The notes: generated by a model not told the origin, from the letters alone. A stretch of DNA of 64,000 nt from an uncultured Actinomycetes bacterium (GCA_963830385.1 CAWHMD010000013.1:20626-84625); one strand, 5' to 3'. Numbered from the stretch's first letter, positions 45,223-55,066 are shown. Program-made: numbers and translations.

Positions 45223-46572
45223 GTGTTCACGACCGTGCCGGGCGACCGTCAGTCCGAAGCCCCTCGCACCCTGGCCGGGCCGGTGCCGCAGGCGCTAACC
45301 CTGGCCGACCAGCTGGGGTTGTGGGGCAACCTGGGCGTGAGCCTGCTCGGCTTCACCGGCGCCCTGTTCGTGCTGCAGCCGGGGGGCGCCGGCACCCCCA
45401 AGCTCTCGCTGCTGTCCGCCTTCGTCGCGCTGATCGTGGGCACGGTGCTGGGCACGCTCGGGGTGGCCGTCTCCGGGCTGCCCGGGGTGCGGACCGGGGC
45501 GCCGGCCATGGTGCTGCTGCGCGGGCTGTTCGGCGCCCGGCTGTCCTACCTGCCGACCGCCATCAACATGCTGCAGCTGCTCGGCTGGGGCGTGTTCGAG
45601 CTGGTCACCATCGCCACCGCCGCCCACACGATCGCACCCGCCCTGCCCCGCTGGGCCTACGTGCTGATCGCGGGGCTGATCACCGCGCTGCTGACGCTGT
45701 ACCCGCTGGGCTCGATCCGGGTCCTGCGCCGCTACGCGGCCGTGGTGGTGGCCGTGGTCCTGGTCTACCTGCTGGTCCAGCTGGCCCGGCACCCGCTGCC
45801 GCCGCTGACCCACGGCTCCTGGTCGGGCTTCTGGCCCGCCACCGACACCGTGGTCGCGGTGGCCATCTCGTTCGCGCCGATGGCCGCCGACTACATGCGG
45901 CACTCCCGGTCGGGCCGGTCGGCCTTCGCCGGGGTCATGATCGGGTACAGCGTGACCCAGGTGCTGTGCTACGTGATCGGGCTGCTGGCCCTGGTCACCG
46001 TGGCCCGCAACCCGAACGACATCTACGGGGCGTTCATCGCCCTCCCGCTGGGCACGGTGGCGTTCGCCATCCTGGCCGCCCGCGAGCTGGACCAGTCGTT
46101 CGCCGACATCTACTCGACCGCGGTGTCCACCCAGAACCTGCGGCCGCTGTGGGACCGCCGGATCCTGGCCGGGCTGATCACCGGGCTGGCCACCGCGGGC
46201 GCCCTGGTGCTGAACATCGCCGACTACGAGAACTTCCTGACCCTGCTCGGCTCGGTGTTCGTGCCGATGTTCGCGGTGCTGGCGGTGGACTTCTTCCTGC
46301 TGTCCGGGGGTCAGTGGGACGTGTCCGAGCAGGCCCGGTCGCGGTGGCCGATGCTGCTGCCGTGGGCGGCCGGGTTCATCGTCTACCAGCTCATCAACCC
46401 GGGCTACCTGTCCTGGTGGGTGTCGGCCTGGGCCTGGGTCCGGCAGCAGATCGGTTTCACCCCGGCCAGCTGGATGTCCGCCTCCATCGGGTCGTTCCTG
46501 ACCGCCGCCCTGCTCACGCTGGCCGGAGGCTCGGCGGTCACCCTGATCCGGCACCGCCGTCAACGGTCTTGA
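45223..46572 (+). CDS. NCS1 family permease (CytX/CodB-like; probable thiamine-precursor transporter)
   Basis: 449 aa with about 12 TM helices. N-terminal LGLWGNLGVSLLGF and GAPAMVLLRGLFG resemble purine-cytosine permease family motifs. Substrate inferred from the TPP riboswitch. Confidence 0.7.
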   Translation: MFTTVPGDRQSEAPRTLAGPVPQALTLADQLGLWGNLGVSLLGFTGALFVLQPGGAGTPKLSLLSAFVALIVGTVLGTLGVAVSGLPGVRTGAPAMVLLRGLFGARLSYLPTAINMLQLLGWGVFELVTIATAAHTIAPALPRWAYVLIAGLITALLTLYPLGSIRVLRRYAAVVVAVVLVYLLVQLARHPLPPLTHGSWSGFWPATDTVVAVAISFAPMAADYMRHSRSGRSAFAGVMIGYSVTQVLCYVIGLLALVTVARNPNDIYGAFIALPLGTVAFAILAARELDQSFADIYSTAVSTQNLRPLWDRRILAGLITGLATAGALVLNIADYENFLTLLGSVFVPMFAVLAVDFFLLSGGQWDVSEQARSRWPMLLPWAAGFIVYQLINPGYLSWWVSAWAWVRQQIGFTPASWMSASIGSFLTAALLTLAGGSAVTLIRHRRQRS

Positions 46573-46633
46573 CACCCAGTCTTAGTGTCAGATCTAACGG
46601 AAGTGCCGGCTACGGCGGGGGAAAGGCGCAGAA

Positions 46634-47620
46634 ATGATCCCGTACAGGGACGTGGACCGCATGATCTCGGCCGGATCGAAGGGCGCTCGCCTGGCCAAGC
46701 GCCGGGCCAAGCGTGGGCGGCAGGTCGGCGACCCGGGCCGCGACCGGCTCCCCCCGGAAGCGAGCATCACGCTGGCGGCCGAACGGGAGGCGACGGGGGT
46801 CGACAACGTCCTGGCCGACCTGGACCAGGAGCTGATCGGCCTGGTACCGGTCAAGGACCGGGTCCACCAGATCGCGTCACTGCTGCTGGTCGACCGGGCC
46901 CGGCGGCGGTTCGGCCTGGAGGCCCCCCGGCCGAACCTGCACATGTGCTTCACCGGAGCTCCCGGCACCGGCAAGACCACGGTGGCCCTGAAGATGGGCC
47001 GCTTGCTGCACCAGCTCGGTTATCTGGAGCAAGGCCAGCTGGTGCACGCCATGCGCAACGACCTGGTCGGCGAGTTCGTCGGCCAGACGGCCCCGCGCAC
47101 GAAGAAGGTGCTGGACATGGCCATGGGCGGCGTGCTGTTCATCGACGAGGCCTACTACCTGTACCACGGGGAGGACGCACGCGACTTCGGGCAGGAGGCC
47201 ATCGGCATCCTGCTGCAGGTCATGGAGAACGACCGCGACAAGCTGGTGGTGATCCTGGCCGGCTACAAGGACCGGATGGACGAGTTCTTCGGCTCGAACC
47301 CCGGCATGAGCTCGCGGATCGCCCACCACATCGACTTTGCCGACTACCAGCTGGACGAGCTGCTGTCGATCGGCGAGATCATGCTGCGCCAGGCCCACTA
47401 CCACCTGTCGGAAGACGCCGAGGAGATGCTCGGCCGGTACCTGAAACGGCAGATGGGCGAGCCGCGGTTCGCCAACGCCCGCAGCGTCCGCAACGATCTC
47501 GACGCGGCCCGGCTCCGGCACGCCCACCGGCTGGCCGCGGAGCCCGATCGGCTGTGGACCCGCGACGACCTGATGCGCATCGAGCCCGCCGACATCATGG
47601 GGGACGACGACCCGCTGTAG
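46634..47620 (+). CDS. CbbX/CfxQ-type AAA+ ATPase
   Basis: LIGLVPVKDRVHQIASLL..., Walker A FTGAPGTGKTTVA, Walker B GVLFIDEAYYL, then VVILAGYKDRMDEFF. No RuBisCO genes nearby. Confidence 0.8.
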   Translation: MIPYRDVDRMISAGSKGARLAKRRAKRGRQVGDPGRDRLPPEASITLAAEREATGVDNVLADLDQELIGLVPVKDRVHQIASLLLVDRARRRFGLEAPRPNLHMCFTGAPGTGKTTVALKMGRLLHQLGYLEQGQLVHAMRNDLVGEFVGQTAPRTKKVLDMAMGGVLFIDEAYYLYHGEDARDFGQEAIGILLQVMENDRDKLVVILAGYKDRMDEFFGSNPGMSSRIAHHIDFADYQLDELLSIGEIMLRQAHYHLSEDAEEMLGRYLKRQMGEPRFANARSVRNDLDAARLRHAHRLAAEPDRLWTRDDLMRIEPADIMGDDDPL

Positions 47621-47632
47621 CCGGGGCCGTGC

Positions 47633-48319
47633 CTAGCCGGGGCGGGGTACGAAGCTGCCGAGCATCGTCCGCATGGTCCGGGCCACGGCCTGCCGGGTCC
47701 GGGCCGGGTCGTCGGAGTTCGCCACCAGCATGGCCCCGCGGGTGAGCGCGCCGAGCAGGAGCCGGGTCAGCGTCTCCGGGTCCTCGACCGCGAGCCGCCC
47801 GGCGTCCACCGCACTCTGCAGCGCGTACATGATCTCGGTGTAGGCGTACTGCTCGTCCAGCTCGGTGAAGCGGGCCAGCCCCAGCACCGCGGGGGCGTCG
47901 ACGATCACGATCTGCCGCAGCTCCGGCTGCTGGGCGCTGTCCAGGAACGCCTCGAACCCCCGGCTGAGCAGCTCCACCTCGTCCGGCGCCCCCGCGGCGG
48001 CCTGCACCGAAGCCTCCATCAGCTCGGTGTGCGCCTGCTCGAAGACCGCCTCGAACAGCTTGGTCTTGTTCGGGAAGTGGTGGTAGAGCGCGCCGGTGGT
48101 GACCCGCGCCTCCCGGGCCAGGTCGTCCACTGACGTGGCGGCGAAGCCCTGCTGCCCGAACAGGCGGCGGCCGGCGGCGACCAGCGCGGCCCGGGTCTGC
48201 GCCACCTGCTCGGCCCGCAGGGACGGCGGCGGCTGAGCTCCCGAAGGGCTCCCGGCTGGTGAATTGGCTGGTGGCACTCCCCTTGTGTACTCCGTAACAA
48301 GTCGCTTGTGCATGCTCAT
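47633..48319 (-). CDS. TetR family transcriptional regulator
   Basis: AAGRRLFGQQGFAATSVDDLAREARVTTGALYHHFPNKTKLF. Start is ambiguous among three close ATGs (48313-48322). Confidence 0.8.
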   Translation of the reverse strand: MSMHKRLVTEYTRGVPPANSPAGSPSGAQPPPSLRAEQVAQTRAALVAAGRRLFGQQGFAATSVDDLAREARVTTGALYHHFPNKTKLFEAVFEQAHTELMEASVQAAAGAPDEVELLSRGFEAFLDSAQQPELRQIVIVDAPAVLGLARFTELDEQYAYTEIMYALQSAVDAGRLAVEDPETLTRLLLGALTRGAMLVANSDDPARTRQAVARTMRTMLGSFVPRPG

Positions 48320-48374
48320 CATTTTAGATAACGTCACTATGTCAGTGAACGATACTACCTTACGGGGCAACGCT

Positions 48375-49214
48375 ATGAACGATCACGTCACTGCACGCGA
48401 CAGCGGCACCGCCCAGCAGACCACCGTCCCGGCCGCGGCCGCGCTACCCGCCGCCGCCGATCGCACCGCGCAGCTGATGCGCGAGATCACCAACCCCGGC
48501 GCCCCCGTACCCGGCCTGCGCTGGACCGCTGCCGAGCTCGCCGCCCACGTGGTCGCGGACCTGCGGACCTACACCGGCGTGGTGGCCGGGCAGGGTCCGG
48601 TGGTGGCGCCGGGGACCGCCCCGGCCGCCGAGCTGGGTACCGCCGAGAACCAGCGCCAGCTGGCGGAGTACCCCGAGCGGAGCCTCGACCGGCTGGCCGC
48701 CGAGCTGACCAGGGCCATGCCCGCCTTCATCGCCGCGGCCGCGGCCGCACCGCCCACCGCCCGGGTGGGCAGCCCGATCGGAGTACCCATGACCCCGGCC
48801 ACGGTCGCCGCCATCGTGCTCGGCGAGCAGCTCATCCACGGTCTGGACCTGGCGCGCGCGGCCGCCCGGCCCTGGACCATCGACGCCGCCGACGCCCGGC
48901 TGGTCATCCCCGGTGTGGTCGACCTGCTGCCGGCCTACTTCAACCGCGAAGCGGCCCGCGGCGTCCGGGCCCGCTACGAGCTGCGGCTGGGCGGCGACCT
49001 GCGCTACCAGCTGACGGTGGACGACGGCACGGCTACCGTCGGGCCTGCCACCGGCCGGGCGGACTGCGTCATCACCGCCGACCCGGTGGCGTTCCTGCTG
49101 GTCGGCTACGGGCGCATCAGCCAGTGGGGCCCGATGCTGCGCGGCCAGCTGCGCGCGGGCGGCCGCAAGCCCTGGCTCGGCTTCAAGTTCAACCGGCTGA
49201 CGGTCAGCCCCTGA
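48375..49214 (+). CDS. DinB/MDMPI-like N-terminal domain + SCP2-like C-terminal domain protein
   Basis: WTAAELAAHVVADL (DinB-fold His) and C-terminal CVITADPVAFLLVGYGRISQWGPMLRGQLRAGGRKPWLGFKF. Divergent from the TetR gene. Confidence 0.55.
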   Translation: MNDHVTARDSGTAQQTTVPAAAALPAAADRTAQLMREITNPGAPVPGLRWTAAELAAHVVADLRTYTGVVAGQGPVVAPGTAPAAELGTAENQRQLAEYPERSLDRLAAELTRAMPAFIAAAAAAPPTARVGSPIGVPMTPATVAAIVLGEQLIHGLDLARAAARPWTIDAADARLVIPGVVDLLPAYFNREAARGVRARYELRLGGDLRYQLTVDDGTATVGPATGRADCVITADPVAFLLVGYGRISQWGPMLRGQLRAGGRKPWLGFKFNRLTVSP

Positions 49215-49235
49215 TACGGCCTGCGGGGGCCCGCC

Positions 49236-50102
49236 TCAAGGTGTTTGCGGCAGCTTGACCGGGCGCTTCGGCGCCCGGGCGGAGGGCGGCGGCACCATCG
49301 GGCCGATGTCGCCGTCGGGCGCCTCGTCCAGGTCCACGATGACCGGGGCGTGATCGCTGGGGCCGGTGCCCTTGCGGGCCTGCCGGTCCACCCACGCGGC
49401 CTTGACGCGCGCCGCCACCGGGTCACTGGCCAGCACCAGGTCGATCCGCATGCCCAGGTTCTGGTGGAACATCCCGGCCCGGTAGTCCCAGTAACTGAAC
49501 ACTCGCTCGGACGGCCAGCGGTCCCGGACCACGTCGTGCAGGCCGAGGCCCTCCAGCTTGGCCAGGGCCTCCCGCTCCGGCGGGGTGACGTGGGTCTGGC
49601 CCACGTAGGCGGCCGGGTCGAACACGTCGGCGTCGGTCGGCGCGATGTTCATGTCGCCGCACACCAGCGTCCCGATCTGGCCAGCACTGTCCGCGACCAC
49701 GTCGGTGAGCGTGGCCAGCCAGGCCAGCTTGTACTGGTAGTGATCCGAGCCCGGCGACCGGCCGTTGGGCACGTACACCGACCAGACCCGGACCCCGCCG
49801 CAGGTGGCGGCGACCGCCCGGGCCTCCGGGCCCGGGAACCCGGGGGCGCCGGCCAGCCCGGTCACCACGTCGTCCAGGCCCGCCCGGGACAAAATGGCCA
49901 CTCCGTTCCACTGGCCCTGGCCGTGCACCGCGGCCTGATAACCCCGCTGCTCCAGCTCGGCGTCGAGCAGTTCGTGGAAGGCATCGTCGGTCAGCTTGGT
50001 CTCCTGCAGGCAGACCACGTCCGGCTTCCGCTGATCCAGCCAGGGGAGCAGCCGCGGCAACCGCTGCTTGACCGAGTTCACGTTCCACGTCGCTACCCGC
50101 AC
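49236..50102 (-). CDS. xthA: Exodeoxyribonuclease III
   Basis: VRVATWNVNSVKQRL, CLQETK, GDMNIAP, and SDHAPVIVDL at the C-terminus. Confidence 0.85.
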   Translation of the reverse strand: MRVATWNVNSVKQRLPRLLPWLDQRKPDVVCLQETKLTDDAFHELLDAELEQRGYQAAVHGQGQWNGVAILSRAGLDDVVTGLAGAPGFPGPEARAVAATCGGVRVWSVYVPNGRSPGSDHYQYKLAWLATLTDVVADSAGQIGTLVCGDMNIAPTDADVFDPAAYVGQTHVTPPEREALAKLEGLGLHDVVRDRWPSERVFSYWDYRAGMFHQNLGMRIDLVLASDPVAARVKAAWVDRQARKGTGPSDHAPVIVDLDEAPDGDIGPMVPPPSARAPKRPVKLPQTP

Positions 50103-50194
50103 CCGGCCCACAGTAGTCCGGTCGCAGACGCCCGGCGATGAATCGGGGACCCGGCCGGCGTCCACCCTCACAACGGCTCACGAAGGGATCACCG

Positions 50195-50704
50195 ATGACC
50201 ACGCCGCAGACCACCCTGGACGAGCGCTTCAGTCAGCCCGGCAGCGACCCGACCAGCCGGGATCAGGCCCGGGCGGTGCTGGAGACGGCCGAGCTGACCT
50301 GGCTGACCACGGTCCGGGCCGACGGGCGCCCGCACCAGACACCGCTGGTGGCCGTGTGGCACGACGGCGCGCTGCACTTCTGCACCGGCACCGAGGAGCA
50401 GAAGGCGGTCAACCTGAGCCACAATCCGCACGTGCTGCTGACCGTGGCCGGCCGCCGCTGGGACGAGGGCCTGGACGTGGTGGTGGAGGGCGACGCGGTC
50501 CGGGTCACCGACGAAGGGGCGCTGGGCGCGCTGGCCGCGGCGTGGACGGCCAAGTGGGACGGCCGCTGGAACTTCGAGGTCCGGGACGGGCACTTCTTCC
50601 ACCGCGGCGCCGAGTTCCCGGTGCTGGTCTACGCGGTAAGGCCGGCCAAGGTACTGGCGTGGGGCCAGGGGACGTTCACCCAGACCCGGCACCAGTTCGG
50701 CTAG
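50195..50704 (+). CDS. Pyridoxamine 5'-phosphate oxidase-fold (split beta-barrel) protein
   Basis: AELTWLTTVRADGRPHQTPLVAVWHDGALHFCTG is the typical PNPOx-like pattern. ATG 50195 chosen. Confidence 0.65.
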   Translation: MTTPQTTLDERFSQPGSDPTSRDQARAVLETAELTWLTTVRADGRPHQTPLVAVWHDGALHFCTGTEEQKAVNLSHNPHVLLTVAGRRWDEGLDVVVEGDAVRVTDEGALGALAAAWTAKWDGRWNFEVRDGHFFHRGAEFPVLVYAVRPAKVLAWGQGTFTQTRHQFG

Positions 50705-50713
50705 CGCCGGCCC

Positions 50714-51898
50714 CTAACGGCCAGCCAGCTCCTGCTCGAGCCAGGTCAGGCCCCGGGCCCGGGCGGTGAGCCGGACCGGGCCGACCACGGCGGCCAGCCG
50801 GGCCGCGGCTGCTTCGGCTGCGGCCCGGGCTTCGGATCCGACGTCTTCCAGGAACCGGCACACGATCTGGCCGTCGCTGTCCTGACCCCAGCCGCCGACG
50901 ATCCGGCCGTCCCACCACAGGGTCGGCCCCACGTTCCCGGACCGGTCGAACGCCCGGGAGGCGTGCTCGCCCAGGAACCAGTCCCGGCGCTGCCACCCCA
51001 TCGGGGTGGAGTCCAGGCCGGGCAGCAGCGCCGCCCAGGGCTCGGCGGCCGGCGGTGGCTCCAGGTCATCGGCCAGGACGATCCCTGGCTCACCGTCCAG
51101 GTCGGCCTCGGCAGGCTCCAGCGCGGTCAGCACCCGCCGGGTCTGGGTCCGGGTCCAGCCCGTCCACCACTGCAGGTCCGCGGCGGTCGCGGGCCCGTAG
51201 CGGTGCAGCCAGCGCCGGGCCAGCTCCACCGCGGCCGCCTCGGTGGCCCATTCGTCCAGCCCGCCCGGGCACCACCGCGCCATCGGGGACCAGCGGTACT
51301 GCTGTGAGGTCCACGATCCCCGCGGGCGCCCGCGGACCACCCGGCCCTGGGCGGCCAGCAGGAACAGCACCCGGCTGCTGACCGCCTGCCGTCCCTCGTA
51401 GCTCTTGCCCCGGGACAGCACGATCTCGGTCTTCAGCCGCGGGTCCTCGGCCGCCAGCTCGGCCGCGGTGGCCTCACCGCGGCCGAGCAGGGCCCGGAGC
51501 GCCACCTCTTCCACTTCGGTCAGCCAGCCGTCCGGGTCCGGATCGACGCCGGACTCGGTCAGCCAGCCGAGCAGCTTGCGCCGTTCGCGGGCGGCCACCG
51601 CGTGTCCGCACGCGGCCTGGATCAGCGCCGCGACGTCCACGGTGGTGACGAAGACCGTGCGTCGCATGCCCAGCAGCCGGATGAGCGTCCGGTCCTGGTA
51701 CAGCGCTTGTTCGACGGAGGACAGCGACCCGCCGGCCATCCGGGACAGGATGCCCAGGTAGACCGATGACGGATCGGTGCTGTGCACCGCCACCAGCGAT
51801 TCGGCCACCTCGGCCGGTGAGCTGGCTGCCGACCCCGGCGCCAGCCGGTGCCGCAGGCCGAGCCGGGCCCGGCGCTCCGGCGCCCCGATCCGGTGCAT
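50714..51898 (-). CDS. Winged-helix DUF1006 protein (YcaQ/AlkZ-like DNA glycosylase family)
   Basis: N-terminus ERRARLGLRHRL...VAVHSTDPSSVYLGILSRM...ALYQDRTLIRLLGMRRTVFV fits my recollection of the family. GGAGG RBS before ATG 51898. Confidence 0.55.
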   Translation of the reverse strand: MHRIGAPERRARLGLRHRLAPGSAASSPAEVAESLVAVHSTDPSSVYLGILSRMAGGSLSSVEQALYQDRTLIRLLGMRRTVFVTTVDVAALIQAACGHAVAARERRKLLGWLTESGVDPDPDGWLTEVEEVALRALLGRGEATAAELAAEDPRLKTEIVLSRGKSYEGRQAVSSRVLFLLAAQGRVVRGRPRGSWTSQQYRWSPMARWCPGGLDEWATEAAAVELARRWLHRYGPATAADLQWWTGWTRTQTRRVLTALEPAEADLDGEPGIVLADDLEPPPAAEPWAALLPGLDSTPMGWQRRDWFLGEHASRAFDRSGNVGPTLWWDGRIVGGWGQDSDGQIVCRFLEDVGSEARAAAEAAAARLAAVVGPVRLTARARGLTWLEQELAGR

Positions 51899-52823
51899 GC
51901 CGCCTCCCCCCGCCGACCAGCGGAACCGAGCTCAAGGCTATGCCCGCAACGATCGCGGCACCCCCGGCCGCCTGCAGCGGGCCGACCGGGTCGCCGAACG
52001 CGACCACGCCGGCCAGCGCGCCGACCAGCGGCTCGAGGTTGAGGAAGGCCCCGGCCAGCTCGGCCGAGATGCGGCTCTGCCCGTAGGCGAACAGGGTGAA
52101 CGGCGCCAGCGTGCCGGCCAGGGCCAGGGCCACGGTGGCGATGACCGGGCCGGCCGCGTGCGGGGCCGGCGGCAGGCCCTCGGCCACACCCGCGTACACC
52201 AGCGCGGCCAGGGCCGCCCCGAGGAACTGCACGGCGGTGACCGCGACCGGGTCACGTCCCTGCAGCAGCCGGGTCTGGCCCACGGTGAACGTGGCCGAGA
52301 TCAGCAGCGAGAGCATCACCAGCCCGTCCCCGAGGGTCGAGGCACCACCGCCGTGGCCGCCGGTGACCAGGCCGACCCCGGCCAGCGACACCCCGAATCC
52401 GGCCCAGGCCACGGGCTTTGCCACCGCCCGGTGCCAGACCGCGGCGATCACCGCGACCAGCACCGGTACCGCGCCGATCAGCAGCGCGGCGTGGGTGACG
52501 CTGGTGAGCGCGACGCCCGCGTTCTGCAGGACCACCGACGCGCCGTAGCCGGCCGCGCCCGAGGCGAGCACCAGCGGCGTGGCCGCCCGCCGCTCCGGCG
52601 CCGGCCGCACGGCCGCACCCCGAGCCTGCGCCTGTGCCTGAGCTCGCCGGTTGTTCCGGCTGAGCAGGACGAACAGGACGGCGGCGGCCAGGCCGAACCG
52701 GGCTACGGTCAGCCAGCCGGCCGGCAGCCAGGCCAGCGCCACCTTGGACAGCGGGACAGTGGTGCCCCACAGCGTCCCGGCGACGGCCAGCGCGGCGACA
52801 GCGAGGCGGCGGTTGTTGTTCAT
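51474..52823 (-). CDS. EamA/DMT family transporter (10 TM); ORF has a 425-nt tail overlapping the downstream gene
   Basis: Ten hydrophobic helices up to ...IVAGIALSSVP (about aa 305). After that the frame stays open as an Arg/Gly/Pro-rich tail until 51474, overlapping 50714-51898. Confidence 0.7.
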   Translation of the reverse strand: MNNNRRLAVAALAVAGTLWGTTVPLSKVALAWLPAGWLTVARFGLAAAVLFVLLSRNNRRAQAQAQARGAAVRPAPERRAATPLVLASGAAGYGASVVLQNAGVALTSVTHAALLIGAVPVLVAVIAAVWHRAVAKPVAWAGFGVSLAGVGLVTGGHGGGASTLGDGLVMLSLLISATFTVGQTRLLQGRDPVAVTAVQFLGAALAALVYAGVAEGLPPAPHAAGPVIATVALALAGTLAPFTLFAYGQSRISAELAGAFLNLEPLVGALAGVVAFGDPVGPLQAAGGAAIVAGIALSSVPLVGGGRRHAPDRGAGAPGPARPAAPAGAGVGSQLTGRGGRIAGGGAQHRSVIGLPGHPVPDGRRVAVLRRTSAVPGPDAHPAAGHATHGLRHHRGRRGADPGRVRTRGGRPRTAQAARLADRVRRRSGPGRLADRSGRGGAPGPARPR

Positions 52824-52893
52824 GCATTCAGTTTGCCAACTACAAGCTCAAAGTTTGCTGACTAACGTTGTCAGCCAAATAAGATTTGGTGTT

Positions 52894-53409
52894 ATGGCCG
52901 TTAAACTTGACGAAGTTGACATAAAACTGCTGACCGCGCTGCAGGAAGATGCGGACTCGACCAACGTCGAGCTGGCCCGGATGGTGGGGCTGTCACCGGC
53001 CGCCACCTTGCACCGGGTGCGCTGGCTGAAGGAGTCCGGGGTGATCCGGGTCATCCGGGCCCAGCTGGACCCGGCCGCGGCCGGCTTCCCGCTCCAGCTC
53101 TACGTGATGGCCACGCTGTTCCGGCACGACACGCGGTCCGAGCGGATCTTCGAGGACCAGGTGCGCTCGCTGCCGCAGATCATCGCGGCCGACATCGTCG
53201 CGGGCGAGACCGACTACCTGCTCACGGTGGTCGCCCGCGACGTCGCCGAGCTGCAGGAGGTACTGGTCAGCCTGGCCACCCGGGGTGGCCAGCGGCTGGT
53301 CACCTACCTGCGGCTGGCCGAGATCAAGCCGCCGTCCCGGCTCCCGCTGGACCTGGCCGGCGAGGTGCCGGCCCGTCAGCCGCGGCGGCGCCGCCCGAAC
53401 GCGAAGTAG
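52894..53409 (+). CDS. Lrp/AsnC family transcriptional regulator
   Basis: MAVKLDEVDIKLLTALQEDADSTNVELARMVGLSPAATLHRVRWLKESGVI. Divergent from the EamA gene, a classic pairing. Confidence 0.85.
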   Translation: MAVKLDEVDIKLLTALQEDADSTNVELARMVGLSPAATLHRVRWLKESGVIRVIRAQLDPAAAGFPLQLYVMATLFRHDTRSERIFEDQVRSLPQIIAADIVAGETDYLLTVVARDVAELQEVLVSLATRGGQRLVTYLRLAEIKPPSRLPLDLAGEVPARQPRRRRPNAK

Positions 53410-53603
53410 GCCAGCGGGATCGTGCCGGCCGAGTTGACGATCATGGCCGGGCCCCAGACCCACTTCGAGCCGCGGATCTCGCTGGCCGGGCGGCGCTTCA
53501 TGTCGACCAGCGCCGCCACCTTGAGCACGCCTTCGACGGCCGCCCCGGCGATGAGCAACTGCCGGGCGCGCGGGCTGAGATCGCTCCAGTGCTGTACCGC
53601 CAT
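53376..53603 (-). CDS. Small two-TM protein, PLDc_N-like
   Basis: LLIAGAAVEGVLKVAALVDMKRRPASEIRGSKWVWGPAMIV..IPLAYFAFGRRR resembles the PLD-nuclease N-terminal small-protein pattern. Confidence 0.4.
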   Translation of the reverse strand: MAVQHWSDLSPRARQLLIAGAAVEGVLKVAALVDMKRRPASEIRGSKWVWGPAMIVNSAGTIPLAYFAFGRRRRG

Positions 53604-53696
53604 GACCGCCTCCACGTCGTTGCGGTAACCCCATGGCAGCACGTTACCCGCGGCCCGGCCATCCACCATGCGGTTAACCCCCGATTCCGGGCCGCC

Positions 53697-54566
53697 TCAG
53701 GCCAGCGCGGCCAGGGTGGCCAGCGCCGCCCGGACGACCTCCGGCCACGGCGTCACCGGCCGGCCAAGCAGCTTCTCCAGGTCGTTCCCCCCGACGTAGA
53801 GCGCCCCGTCCCGCGCCGCCCGATCGGAGTCGGCCAGGATGGCCGCGACCGGAGCAGGCAGGCCGGCCTCCTCCAGCGCCTTCGCGTAGGCGTCGGCGCC
53901 CAGATCGCTGTAGCGGACGTCACGCCCGGACTGGCGGGCGATCTCGGCCGCCAGGACCGCCAGCGTGAACGCTTGGCCGCCCAGCTCGTAGACCCGGTTC
54001 TGGTGACCCTCGCCGGTCAGCACGGCGGCCGCCGCCTCGGCCAGGTCGCGGCGGGCGGCCCCGCTGATCAGGCCGTCGCCGGCCGCCCCGATCAGGCCGC
54101 GGGTGAGGATGACCGGCAGCTGAGCGGTGTAGTTCTCGACGTACCAGCCGTTGCGCAGGAAGACGTAGGGCACCCCCGAATCGATCAGGGCCCGCTCGGT
54201 GGCCAGGTGTTCCTCGGCCAGCACCATGTCCGAGGTATCGGCCTTGGGCGCGCTGGTGTAAACGACCAGGCCGACGCCCGCTGCCCGGGCCGCGTCCACC
54301 ACCGCCTGGTGCTGGGCCACGCGCTGGCCGACCTCGCTGCCGGACACGAACAGCAGCCGGTCCACCCCGGCCAGCGCGCTCCGCAGCGACGCCGGGTCGC
54401 CGTAGTCGGCGCGCCGGCTGGTGACGCCGAGCTGGGTCAGGTCGTCCAGCTTGGCCTGGTCGCGGCCGATGGCAACGATCTGGCCGACCGGAACGCCGCG
54501 CTCCAGCAGGCTTTCGATGGCGAGGCGCCCGAACGGGCCGGTGGCGCCGGTCACAGCGATGGTCAT
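53697..54566 (-). CDS. NmrA-like / atypical SDR NAD(P)H-binding oxidoreductase
   Basis: MTIAVTGATGPFGRLAIESLLERG Rossmann motif. Divergent from the HxlR regulator. Confidence 0.8.
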   Translation of the reverse strand: MTIAVTGATGPFGRLAIESLLERGVPVGQIVAIGRDQAKLDDLTQLGVTSRRADYGDPASLRSALAGVDRLLFVSGSEVGQRVAQHQAVVDAARAAGVGLVVYTSAPKADTSDMVLAEEHLATERALIDSGVPYVFLRNGWYVENYTAQLPVILTRGLIGAAGDGLISGAARRDLAEAAAAVLTGEGHQNRVYELGGQAFTLAVLAAEIARQSGRDVRYSDLGADAYAKALEEAGLPAPVAAILADSDRAARDGALYVGGNDLEKLLGRPVTPWPEVVRAALATLAALA

Positions 54567-54697
54567 GGGGTGACTCCTTGGCGATGATGCGGCCGCGTCT
54601 CGGCCGACGTTTCCCGCAACGGCCCCGCTACGTGCATACTTCCCACCAGAGAGTGGGCACCTTGAAGTGCAGTACTTACCTGAGGGATAGTGAGCAG

Positions 54698-55066
54698 ATG
54701 GACGCCGACGTATACGCCAAGGACTGCGCCAGCCGTCAGCTGCTGGACCGGATCGGCGACACCTGGAGCGTGCTGATCGTGGCCTCGCTCGCGGACGGCC
54801 CGCTCCGCTACAGCCAGCTGGCCGCCCGGATCGACGGCATCAGCCCGAAGATGCTCACCCAGACGCTGCGCGCGCTGGAACGGGACGGCCTGATCAGCCG
54901 GACCGTGTTCCCGGTGGTGCCGCCCCGGGTGGACTACGAGCTGACCGCCCTGGGCGGGGACCTGCTCGATCTGGTCCGCGCCCTGACCGTCTGGTCCGAG
55001 CGGCACATCTCCGACGTGCTGGCCGCCCGGGACGCTTACGACACCAGGGCGGCCGCCGCCAGCTGA
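54698..55066 (+). CDS. HxlR family transcriptional regulator
   Basis: CASRQLLDRIGDTWSVLIVASLADGPLRYSQLAARIDGISPKMLTQTLRALERDGLISR. Confidence 0.85.
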   Translation: MDADVYAKDCASRQLLDRIGDTWSVLIVASLADGPLRYSQLAARIDGISPKMLTQTLRALERDGLISRTVFPVVPPRVDYELTALGGDLLDLVRALTVWSERHISDVLAARDAYDTRAAAAS

